25,074 nt of DNA from a virus (lineage: Duplodnaviria > Caudoviricetes): positions 1-25,074 of the IMG/VR virus record IMGVR_UViG_3300037440_000020, one strand, 5' to 3'. The notes beneath the pieces were generated by a model. That model was not told where the DNA came from and searched no databases. It saw nothing but the letters and a program-made list of their open reading frames with translations. The position numbers were made by a program, and so were the translations under genes. Below are positions 8,340 to 16,030 of the stretch, one piece after another (position 1 is the stretch's first letter; every line of letters starts with the position of its first letter).

Positions 8340-8488
8340 AGTATATCGTCGAATACGAAAACGGTTTGAAACGGATTATTTTTTCAAAAGAAAGAATTCA
8401 AGATATTCGTCTTAACGAAGTTAAGGACACCTTTGGTGTCGAGATCAGAATTCCACAGGAAGGTTTGCGTAGCATTTGTCAAATATGA
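8336..8488 (+). CDS. Hypothetical protein (50 aa), absent from the ORF track
   Basis: Hand translation from TTG: MKYIVEYENGLKRIIFSKERIQDIRLNEVKDTFGVEIRIPQEGLRSICQI*. TTGA and ATGA overlaps at the two ends; GGTGGA upstream. Confidence 0.65.
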   Translation: MKYIVEYENGLKRIIFSKERIQDIRLNEVKDTFGVEIRIPQEGLRSICQI

Positions 8489-8730
8489 AATTAGTACATA
8501 TCAAATGGGTAGATCACTCGTCTTTTACAGAGAACACTTGGAGAACCAAGGATGAATACGAAGACAGAGAACCAGTCGAATGTGATACAGTAGGATGGGT
8601 CATCAAGGAAGACAAGGATATGTACGTAGTCGTCTCCACGATGCACCTGTCTGAGGAGTATGAAGACAAGTTCTGTGGTGATATGTGTATATTAAAAGGT
8701 TCTGTTAAATCAGTCCGTGAATTAAAGTGA
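8485..8730 (+). CDS. Small phage protein of the 'V-x-I-x-W-x-D...GW' type
   Basis: Likely start ATG8485 (ATGA overlap); LVHIKWVDHS...TVGWVIKED pattern seen in small phage proteins. Confidence 0.75.
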   Translation: MKLVHIKWVDHSSFTENTWRTKDEYEDREPVECDTVGWVIKEDKDMYVVVSTMHLSEEYEDKFCGDMCILKGSVKSVRELK

Positions 8731-8789
8731 TATTTATAATAATTTTAACTCTAGCATTTATCTTAATTTATGAAACGAGAGAAAAATGA
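8727..8789 (+). CDS. Putative 20-aa hydrophobic micro-protein
   Basis: GTG...TGA reads MIFIIILTLAFILIYETREK*, with 4-nt overlaps to both neighbours (GTGA, ATGA). Confidence 0.45.
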   Translation: MIFIIILTLAFILIYETREK

Positions 8790-8950
8790 TTGAAGTCTTT
8801 AATGATCTTTACGACGCTATCCTCTTTATGGAAGTAGAGGCTGAGTTCAAACATGATTACTTCAAGGCTGAACTATTAAAACTAGATGACGGAAGGTGGC
8901 GCTGCGGAATAACAACTGAAAGACAACATGAGTTTAACTTTAAAGATTAA
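8786..8950 (+). CDS. Hypothetical protein (54 aa), absent from the ORF track
   Basis: Hand translation: MIEVFNDLYDAILFMEVEAEFKHDYFKAELLKLDDGRWRCGITTERQHEFNFKD*. GAGAG upstream. Confidence 0.65.
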   Translation: MIEVFNDLYDAILFMEVEAEFKHDYFKAELLKLDDGRWRCGITTERQHEFNFKD

Positions 8951-9395
8951 GAATCATCCAGAATATTCTGTTTCAACAGATGGTAAAATTTTTAGTTATA
9001 AGAGGTGTATTTATTTAAAACCAGACAAGGCGCCAAATGGTTATTTGATAGTCACCCTAGATAAACACAGAGTGTCAATACATCGTCTTGTTGCTCAACA
9101 CTTTATCCCTAATCCTGAAAATTTACCATTGGTTAGACACTTAAATAATGATAAAGAAAATAATACCATAGGGAATTTGGCTTGGGGTTCTCATGCTGAT
9201 AATGAGGATGATAAGAGAGTTCATGGGACTTACTATACTAGAATAACTAATTCCCTATTATCAGAAGAAGATATCCAGGATATAAAGTATTTTAAAAAGT
9301 TAGGTGCGAGAACAAATGATTTAGCAAAATCTTATAGTATTGGAAGACATGCTATTTCAAATATTGTAAAAGGAAAAACATGGAGTCATCTATAA
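8928..9395 (+). CDS. NUMOD4-HNH homing endonuclease
   Basis: YSVSTDGKI (NUMOD4), GYL.V.L, HRLVAQHF, VRHLNNDKENN...NL.W, and a C-terminal HTH-like end IVKGKTWSHL; AT-rich. Confidence 0.88.
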   Translation: MSLTLKIKNHPEYSVSTDGKIFSYKRCIYLKPDKAPNGYLIVTLDKHRVSIHRLVAQHFIPNPENLPLVRHLNNDKENNTIGNLAWGSHADNEDDKRVHGTYYTRITNSLLSEEDIQDIKYFKKLGARTNDLAKSYSIGRHAISNIVKGKTWSHL

Positions 9396-9814
9396 AGAAA
9401 GAAACAAACCCTAAGGATGCTGTTGGTGTGAGAAAAGTACCTTTCTCGACTGTTTCAGCAGTAGTTTGGGCAGAAGTCGGATTAGCAATGATGGAAGGAG
9501 CATTAAAATATGGGAGGCACAATTACAGAGATACTGGCGTTCGTGCCTCTGTCTATTATGATGCTGCTTTTCGTCACCTTACTGATTGGTGGGAAGGAGA
9601 AGATATTGATACTGTTAGTAACCTTTCTCATATCACTAAGTGCATTGCTGGGCTTACTGTCTTACGTGATGCAATGATCTTCGATAAGTTAGAGGATGAT
9701 CGTCCTCCTAAGGCCCCGAAGGGGTGGTTAGAAGAGTTAAACAAAAAGGTAGGAGAGCTGATCGAGAAATTTCCCAAACCAGTTCCTGCCATTACACAAA
9801 AGAGTATTAAATGA
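9380..9814 (+). CDS. dATP/dGTP diphosphohydrolase-like protein (DUF5664)
   Basis: NPKD..G..K, GALKYGRHNYR, YYDAAFRHL..W.EGED.D..S.L.H motifs. Confidence 0.85.
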   Translation: MESSIKKETNPKDAVGVRKVPFSTVSAVVWAEVGLAMMEGALKYGRHNYRDTGVRASVYYDAAFRHLTDWWEGEDIDTVSNLSHITKCIAGLTVLRDAMIFDKLEDDRPPKAPKGWLEELNKKVGELIEKFPKPVPAITQKSIK

Positions 9815-10188
9815 AGCAAATTTATATCGCCGGTCCAATGACCGGGTACGAGTATTTTAATTTCCAAGAGTTCGACAAGTGGCGGGATTATTACGAAGCT
9901 TTAGGGTATAACGTATTCTCTCCAGCTGATCATGACAGATCACTCCTTAACAAGACATTAGAGTGGATGCCTACAGAAGAGGATTCAGTCGGCCCTTGGA
10001 AGTCATGGGCACCTGAAGCAACACAAGGAAAGCTTCCTACTCTGAGAGATATGCTTGGTGCTGATTTGCAGTGGATCGCCAAGACAGCAGACTCTATCCA
10101 TATGATGAAGGGTTGGGAGAACTCTCGTGGAGCAAATGCCGAGTGGGCCTTAGCCAAGGCTCTTGATCTCGAAATCCGATATGGGTAA
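9811..10188 (+). CDS. DUF4406 / nucleoside 2-deoxyribosyltransferase-like protein
   Basis: IYIAGPMTG...NF..F, VFSPA, DL..I...D.I.M..GWE.S.GA.AE...A motifs. Confidence 0.85.
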   Translation: MKQIYIAGPMTGYEYFNFQEFDKWRDYYEALGYNVFSPADHDRSLLNKTLEWMPTEEDSVGPWKSWAPEATQGKLPTLRDMLGADLQWIAKTADSIHMMKGWENSRGANAEWALAKALDLEIRYG

Positions 10189-10330
10189 TATTCTAAAGAG
10201 ATTAAAACAAATCTTTTGTATGAACCATGTTTGGACTATTATAAGCAAACCTGATGTCCATGTTTATGGTATTGAACGTCAGTGTAAAAAGTGTAATAAG
10301 ATAGAGACGTATTCAAGAGACTTTTTCTAA
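10181..10330 (+). CDS. Small Cys/His Zn-finger-like protein (49 aa), absent from the ORF track
   Basis: Hand translation: MGNILKRLKQIFCMNHVWTIISKPDVHVYGIERQCKKCNKIETYSRDFF*. FC-x2-H-x-W...CxxC pattern; TAATG-coupled to the next gene. Confidence 0.65.
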   Translation: MGNILKRLKQIFCMNHVWTIISKPDVHVYGIERQCKKCNKIETYSRDFF

Positions 10331-10530
10331 TGATCAAAGGATACATAATCTCTAATAAAGAGTGGTCTGATAATATAAAACTCGAAATGGGTATGTCTTC
10401 TTTTGGTAGAACTCCAGGAGATGCTTGGAGAAGACACGTTAGAGACAAAGGAATAGACTTTCCTATCTTCGTCCAACGATGGTCTGACATGGGATACAAA
10501 CCCTTTCAAGTCGAAGTAAGATTAACTTAA
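10330..10530 (+). CDS. Hypothetical protein (66 aa), last gene of the + arm
   Basis: TAATG coupling; ends immediately before the terminator. Confidence 0.65.
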   Translation: MIKGYIISNKEWSDNIKLEMGMSSFGRTPGDAWRRHVRDKGIDFPIFVQRWSDMGYKPFQVEVRLT

Positions 10531-10531
10531 T

Positions 10532-10582
10532 AAAAAACCCCTAGCGCCTTTCCTTTCGGATTGGTTCTAGGGGTTTTTCTTT
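10532..10582. terminator. Bidirectional rho-independent terminator between the convergent arms
   Basis: Perfect inverted repeat AAAAACCCCTAG (10533-10544) / CTAGGGGTTTTT (10567-10578), inner TCC-TTTC-GGA hairpin, A-tract on the left and T-tract on the right, lying between two convergent stop codons. Confidence 0.9.
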
Positions 10583-10594
10583 GTCTAAATTTAT

Positions 10595-13426
10595 TTATTC
10601 TTTTTCTGTAGCTTCTTCAGTCTGATCTCTAAGACCATATAGTCCTAACAGAACACCTGTTCTTTTCATCATCTGATACTCAGCAGGAGACATTTTAACT
10701 TTGGCATCAGCGATCATACTCTTGAGATGTTTCCTAATAGTCTCACTATTTGAAAGAACATCATCAATAGCTTGGTGAGCAATTTTACTAGAATCATATT
10801 CTCTTGCGATATTACTCGTAATTGTCCTGATTCTAGCAGCCTTCGGATTAAGAACACCAAAAACCCAAGTCTGTATAAGCGTAATAGCTGTTGTTAAACT
10901 CTTCTGGTTTTTAAATCTATCAAACTCTGAAACAGAAGCACGAGTCTGGGCTTCTTGGATTCTCTTTGCTTCTTTCTTAATCTCTAAGATCGCATCGACA
11001 GCAGGGTTATCACCGAAGATATCTTTGCCATATTTCTCAAATTCTTCTGAGAAAGGGACGACTTCTTTGGTGTTCTTTCCGAGTTGTTCTTCTGCAGCCT
11101 TAGCCCATGCAGCTTGTAATCCAGCCATATCATCAGGATTTTGTTTAGCAGCGGATACTATTTTCCCGATTGCATCTCCCTCATGGTCATTCAACATTTT
11201 TTGGAAAGCACGGTATCCATTATCGACACCTTTATATGTTCCGAATTGCTTTTTAAATAACCCTTCGAATTGACCCATATAGATTTCTTCTTTAGCTGCA
11301 TCGGCGACTTTTACTAATTCAGGTATCCTTTTTTCAAGGTCTGCAATCGTAGCACCACGATCCCTGATATCAGTCAGGAACCTTTCGATACGTTTCTTCT
11401 GTGCTTCAGGGAAGGCATTAGCCATCTGTTGAAGTTTAGAAGTAACCTCATTGATCTTGAGACCCTTACCTGAAGTGATATCAATCATAGCCTCAGCCAA
11501 AGCAACGTCAGCAATCTTACCCTCATTCTCAGGACCAACGATACGACGGAGTTGATCTAAAGATTCTTTACGATTAGGGTCTTTGATAACCTTATCAACA
11601 ATCTCACGACCTTTTTCTTGGAAGTCGATAGGTTGGGTTCTCGGTCTATTGACTGCCTCGTTGATCTTTAACTCTTTACCAACACCTTGGTTATACTTCT
11701 CAGTATACTTTATATTAGCTTTATTCGCTTCTTTAGCCTTTTGAGCAGCGACGATATCACCTCTATCCATAAGAATAGCAGGTTGTTCATCTGTGATATG
11801 ATCTCTTAGAGTACGGAGTTTATTGGCAGTCAAAGAATCATTGCGTTGATAAGCTGCGGTGATCTCTTCGCTGAGTCTTGGACGGACTTCATTATTCAGA
11901 TACTTGAATGAACCGTCAGAAGCGTCGATTACTTTCTGAACTCTTTCAGGAATGAATTCTTTTGCCTTCTCAACAGCAGCACTCCATCCCTCTGTTCCTG
12001 CACGAGTACCAGCAGGGATATCTTGATAAGCTGTATCACGGATACCTTTGTCTACAGCACGTTCTTGTCTAGCAGACTCGACGATCTCACCCTTGATATT
12101 ACGACTTTCTTTAGCTACATCAAGTTCTATCCCGGCTTCTTTAGAAGCTTTGATCTTAGGACCAAATACTTCATCAGTCTCAAGGGCACTCTTCATTCCA
12201 GTCTGCTCATCGATCAAATCCCCCTTAGCCATATTTGGAGGGACATCAGTATCAACAGCTCGAAGATTTGCTTGGTCTTGGAGGCTCTGTCTTGTTTGTT
12301 CTATCGCCTCATCACTACCACGAGATACTCTGACATCTGTCAAAGACTCATCTAAAACACCCTTTGGTTGTTCGAGAATAGTACTAGTCTTAGGAGCATT
12401 ACCACCTTTAGCATTAGCTCGAAGAGATTCGAGTTGAACTTGTCTAGCTCTATCAGAAGGAACTTTAGGATCAAGACCTTCCGTCAGAACAGAAACAGGA
12501 TCACGTTGGATAGTCTTTTCTCCAATACCTTCACCTAGATCAAATGTCTGTGAAGAATGTTTTTCGAATCTCTCTTCCATCGCTTCAAGAAGAGCGACCT
12601 TTTGTTCTCTAGTCGCGTTTTCTGGGACCTTAGATGCCATCTCAACCATGTCAGAAACATATTCTTTAGAGATCGCATCTTGGTTTCTCCAGTCTTTGAT
12701 ACCAGTAGCGACAGACTTAAGGACGTCTTTACCCCTACCAGCCAACCAAACACCACCATCAAAAGCAGCAGCGGTCGCCATATTGTCCATAGCAAGATTG
12801 ACTAGGTGTTTAGTCTCGGCAGTTCCAGGATCATCATTAGGGTCAGCATCTAGTCCGATACCACCCTCGTCCCCAAAGATCAACCCTTTTTGTTCAGGAG
12901 CAGCGACAGCACCACCGATGCTACTACCTGCTAATTTACCTAGGTATCCTGTAGCACCTGCACCACCGGCAATTGAACCAGCAGCGACTTGACCAGCCGG
13001 GATAAGGATCTTTTCTTCCTGAGATTGTGGCTTAAAAGTCATATCCTTAAAAGCCTGTTGAGTCCTGCCTACTGATGCTTCTTGAGCTTGAACACCAGCA
13101 GGATCACGAGGGGACAGACCGACAGAAGGGGCATATTCATCATATGTTCGTCCAAGAGAACTACCGATAGCTGAACCAACAGCATTAGCTGCCTTCAACG
13201 TATTGACACCAGCATTAATCACACCTTTACCTAGACCTTTACCCAGGGTAATAGGATCAGTAGGCAGGTAATCAGGCAGCATACTACCTGTAGGAAGTTC
13301 CGGTTGAACAGGAGTATTAGCTTGAACTTCAGCCCCAAGATTTATATCTTGTTGTTCTTTAGCACGGGCTTTAGCTTTAGCTAAGTCGAGTTCAAACTGG
13401 AAATCTTCTTCTGTCATTTCTTCCAT
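10595..13426 (-). CDS. Large virion structural protein, probable internal/ejection protein (943 aa)
   Basis: Last and largest gene of the structural arm; Gly/Ala-rich hydrophobic segment near the N-terminus and a helical charged remainder. Function inferred from position. Confidence 0.65.
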   Translation of the reverse strand: MEEMTEEDFQFELDLAKAKARAKEQQDINLGAEVQANTPVQPELPTGSMLPDYLPTDPITLGKGLGKGVINAGVNTLKAANAVGSAIGSSLGRTYDEYAPSVGLSPRDPAGVQAQEASVGRTQQAFKDMTFKPQSQEEKILIPAGQVAAGSIAGGAGATGYLGKLAGSSIGGAVAAPEQKGLIFGDEGGIGLDADPNDDPGTAETKHLVNLAMDNMATAAAFDGGVWLAGRGKDVLKSVATGIKDWRNQDAISKEYVSDMVEMASKVPENATREQKVALLEAMEERFEKHSSQTFDLGEGIGEKTIQRDPVSVLTEGLDPKVPSDRARQVQLESLRANAKGGNAPKTSTILEQPKGVLDESLTDVRVSRGSDEAIEQTRQSLQDQANLRAVDTDVPPNMAKGDLIDEQTGMKSALETDEVFGPKIKASKEAGIELDVAKESRNIKGEIVESARQERAVDKGIRDTAYQDIPAGTRAGTEGWSAAVEKAKEFIPERVQKVIDASDGSFKYLNNEVRPRLSEEITAAYQRNDSLTANKLRTLRDHITDEQPAILMDRGDIVAAQKAKEANKANIKYTEKYNQGVGKELKINEAVNRPRTQPIDFQEKGREIVDKVIKDPNRKESLDQLRRIVGPENEGKIADVALAEAMIDITSGKGLKINEVTSKLQQMANAFPEAQKKRIERFLTDIRDRGATIADLEKRIPELVKVADAAKEEIYMGQFEGLFKKQFGTYKGVDNGYRAFQKMLNDHEGDAIGKIVSAAKQNPDDMAGLQAAWAKAAEEQLGKNTKEVVPFSEEFEKYGKDIFGDNPAVDAILEIKKEAKRIQEAQTRASVSEFDRFKNQKSLTTAITLIQTWVFGVLNPKAARIRTITSNIAREYDSSKIAHQAIDDVLSNSETIRKHLKSMIADAKVKMSPAEYQMMKRTGVLLGLYGLRDQTEEATEKE

Positions 13427-15234
13427 TACTCTTGATCTCCAAACTTCTTCTCTAGATATTTTCTACCTGCTGGACTTAATTCTCTCCAGACTTCAGGAGT
13501 GATAGGACCACCATCTTGAGCAACAGCTTTAGATAACCACTTAGGGACATCTTTCTGTTCTGTATCAACTTGTCCACCAGGAGCAGGTTTACCAGCAGCA
13601 TCGACTGTATCCAGTGATGTTTGTAGTTCAGGATCATCTTGGATTTCTTGCTCAAGAGTCGAACGAATTTCAAAGGGATTTGGAACACCGGGGTATTTTC
13701 CTTTGAAGTTGATACCAGCACCACCACCACGATTAATCATCTGCTCTTGTTCTGCTAGATTTTTACGTCTTTCTTCTAAGAAGTTAGCAGCTGATTGTGC
13801 AAGAGTGTCTGGGTTGCCACGACCTGTAGCGACGTTCTTGAAGTTCTCAAACTCTGTAATAGCGACACTTCGTCCTTCTTGTCCAGACTGTGCAGCATAA
13901 AGATAAGCAAGACGAGTGGCTTCGATGTCAATCAACCCTGCGTTGACAGCATTAATAGCATTACGATCTGTCAATCCTTTTAGAGTACCCTTAAGAGCAG
14001 TTTCTGCCTTATCAAGTTGAGAGAAATTAGAGGTACGAGGGATGACATTCCCATTTAGATCAAGTGCAGGATTAACTATCTGTAAGATGTTGACACCAGC
14101 TCTTTTCAATTCATCTGACCATTGAGATAGATCACCTGATTTTCCGAGAGCTTCAGGATGCATTTGAGTCAATTTAGTCAGTTTAGCTGAAGATCTAGCC
14201 ATAGTCTTATAATCACTCTTAGCCTTCTCATAGTCATCAAGAGGCTTAGACATCTCCTTACTAATGGCTTCGATATCTGACTCCATATTCTTGTTGGCTG
14301 GAAGGATCTGAGAAGCGTCGACGGGATTGCCATAAGCATCTTCCCAAGTGACACTACCATCTCCACGACCAGTATCTCTAGGTGTGACTACCCCACCAGT
14401 CCAACCACCTTCGGCGTCTCTCATCCAACCACGAGCAAACTGGAAACCAGTTCCATTAGCTTGTGCTTCTAGTTTAGCTTCAGTAGCCTTCATGTGTTGA
14501 TAGCGTTCTAAGAGGTCTTTAGCTGCCAACTTTTGTTCAGGAGTTCCTGTCTGTTCGATTCTGAACTGATAAGCGATAGCATCACCGATACTATTGACCT
14601 TAGAGATATCAGGGACTTCTGCTTTAGGCTGCCAAGTGATCTTGGCGTCTGACCTACCAGGGATATTTTCACCTGAGACTGGCTTTGGCGGAGGGACCTG
14701 TTCAGCTGTCTGGGGAGGAACTGTCTGTTGTGGTCTCGGAGCAGCCTGTTGTGCAGAATCTACACCCATACCTGTCTTGGCATCACCAAACAAACCTTCA
14801 CCTGGAGGAGGTGGAGTCATACCTGATTGTTCCATCTGGGCATCAACTGCAGTAGCAGCACCTTGAGTCAAATCATCTCTAGGATCAGAAGCTGTAGCAC
14901 CTTCACCGGGTTGAGTTGTAGCAGCTTCAGGATTAACGATAGCAGTATTTGCTTGAAGTTGTTTCATAATTTCAGACTGGCTAACATCAGCGGATAACAT
15001 ATCATAGACAGCACTCCAAGCCTCATCAGGCTGGCCTGTCATAGCAACCATTTGTTTAGCTGCTTTGATATTTTTCTCGTTTATTTTATCCTGCTTTTCT
15101 GCGGCATCGCGTCGAGTACGGAAGTCATCATAGTCCATCTTGATCTTATCACGTTTAACAGCAGCACTCTCAGCATTATGCTGATTAAAACTATTGGCAA
15201 ATGCGGTGCCAAACCCTGACATAAACCCAGCCAT
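13426..15234 (-). CDS. Probable internal virion/ejection protein (602 aa)
   Basis: MAGFMSGFGTAFA N-terminus, Pro/Gln linker, TAATG coupling to the 943-aa gene. Function inferred from position. Confidence 0.65.
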   Translation of the reverse strand: MAGFMSGFGTAFANSFNQHNAESAAVKRDKIKMDYDDFRTRRDAAEKQDKINEKNIKAAKQMVAMTGQPDEAWSAVYDMLSADVSQSEIMKQLQANTAIVNPEAATTQPGEGATASDPRDDLTQGAATAVDAQMEQSGMTPPPPGEGLFGDAKTGMGVDSAQQAAPRPQQTVPPQTAEQVPPPKPVSGENIPGRSDAKITWQPKAEVPDISKVNSIGDAIAYQFRIEQTGTPEQKLAAKDLLERYQHMKATEAKLEAQANGTGFQFARGWMRDAEGGWTGGVVTPRDTGRGDGSVTWEDAYGNPVDASQILPANKNMESDIEAISKEMSKPLDDYEKAKSDYKTMARSSAKLTKLTQMHPEALGKSGDLSQWSDELKRAGVNILQIVNPALDLNGNVIPRTSNFSQLDKAETALKGTLKGLTDRNAINAVNAGLIDIEATRLAYLYAAQSGQEGRSVAITEFENFKNVATGRGNPDTLAQSAANFLEERRKNLAEQEQMINRGGGAGINFKGKYPGVPNPFEIRSTLEQEIQDDPELQTSLDTVDAAGKPAPGGQVDTEQKDVPKWLSKAVAQDGGPITPEVWRELSPAGRKYLEKKFGDQE

Positions 15235-15278
15235 TAAAACAATCTCCGATTGTTAGTCCTATGAACTCTGTTCATTTA
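15234..15278 (-). promoter_or_regulatory. Mini-ORF (MNRVHRTNNRRLF*) / double-hairpin leader element B
   Basis: On the - strand: TAA-ATGAAC-AGA-GTTCAT-AGGACT-AACAATC-GGA-GATTGTT-T-TAATG. The second hairpin contains the downstream SD (GGAG). Confidence 0.6.
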
Positions 15279-15830
15279 TTGGCCTCCCATCATTGTTCCA
15301 TCGGGCATCTCATGTGGACCCTCAGGCATAGAAGCAGGACTCATCTGTTGAGCGGCTCCCATTATCCCTTGGACTTGTGATTCAATCTGTTCAATAACCT
15401 CAGGATCACTGAGTGAGTCAAGGACAGTCTTGTATTTATTCTGATCGTCTTTGACAGCCTTGAGATAAGAATTAGTATAATGATTCTTTGGGAGATCAAT
15501 CCCAAGATCACAATCAATATCATAACTTTTAGCCATGAGATAGATGATATGAGAAACAGGACCAGCCAGAAGGATAGCAAAATCTGGTGTCCACTTTCCG
15601 GCACCAATACCTGAAGTCACAAACATATCGGTCAAAGAAGCAATATCTATACCAGCCTTAAGCATAGTAATAAGACCAAGTGAACCTTCTTCAGACATCA
15701 GTTGTTTAGCTGAAACTTCGATAGCAGTATCAAGATCAGTGACTTCAGGAGGTCTATGCCAAGGATAATTCTTTGTATCCGAAGTATAGTTTTCTCCCGG
15801 AATGGGTCCAGAGATAGGATGTACAGGCAT
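15276..15830 (-). CDS. Conserved-type virion-associated protein (184 aa)
   Basis: PIPG...T.....PW.RPP N-terminal pattern recalled from structural arms of related podoviruses; TAATG coupling. Confidence 0.65.
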   Translation of the reverse strand: MPVHPISGPIPGENYTSDTKNYPWHRPPEVTDLDTAIEVSAKQLMSEEGSLGLITMLKAGIDIASLTDMFVTSGIGAGKWTPDFAILLAGPVSHIIYLMAKSYDIDCDLGIDLPKNHYTNSYLKAVKDDQNKYKTVLDSLSDPEVIEQIESQVQGIMGAAQQMSPASMPEGPHEMPDGTMMGGQ

Positions 15831-16021
15831 TAATACTTGTCCTTTTTCTTTAACTCTTTTTTAGACTGATCTTCTTTAGGGAGTGTTTCGCCCTCGAATG
15901 CGTCAAAATATTTCTTGTTGTATTTACGAGATTTATTAGAACTCATTTCATCAAATTCATCAGTCTTGTTCCAGTAAAGTCTCATAGACTTACGGACCAT
16001 ATCTTCAAACGTTACACCCAT
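15830..16021 (-). CDS. Hypothetical charged protein (63 aa)
   Basis: SD GGAGAG; TAATG coupling. Confidence 0.7.
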   Translation of the reverse strand: MGVTFEDMVRKSMRLYWNKTDEFDEMSSNKSRKYNKKYFDAFEGETLPKEDQSKKELKKKDKY

Positions 16022-16030
16022 TATCTCTCC

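Noticed and set aside
5913-10188. Definite Z-base (2-aminoadenine) or 7-deazaguanine genome
   Set aside because: No PurZ, DatZ-like HD phosphohydrolase, DpdA or Que genes are recognisable in the window; kept only as a hypothesis.
1091-10509. Nested ORFs in the + arm (e.g. 1091..1432, 2549..2848, 4127..4456, 6796..7158, 9628..9867, 10239..10499)
   Set aside because: They overlap motif-supported genes or coupled small ORFs, and have no recognisable features.
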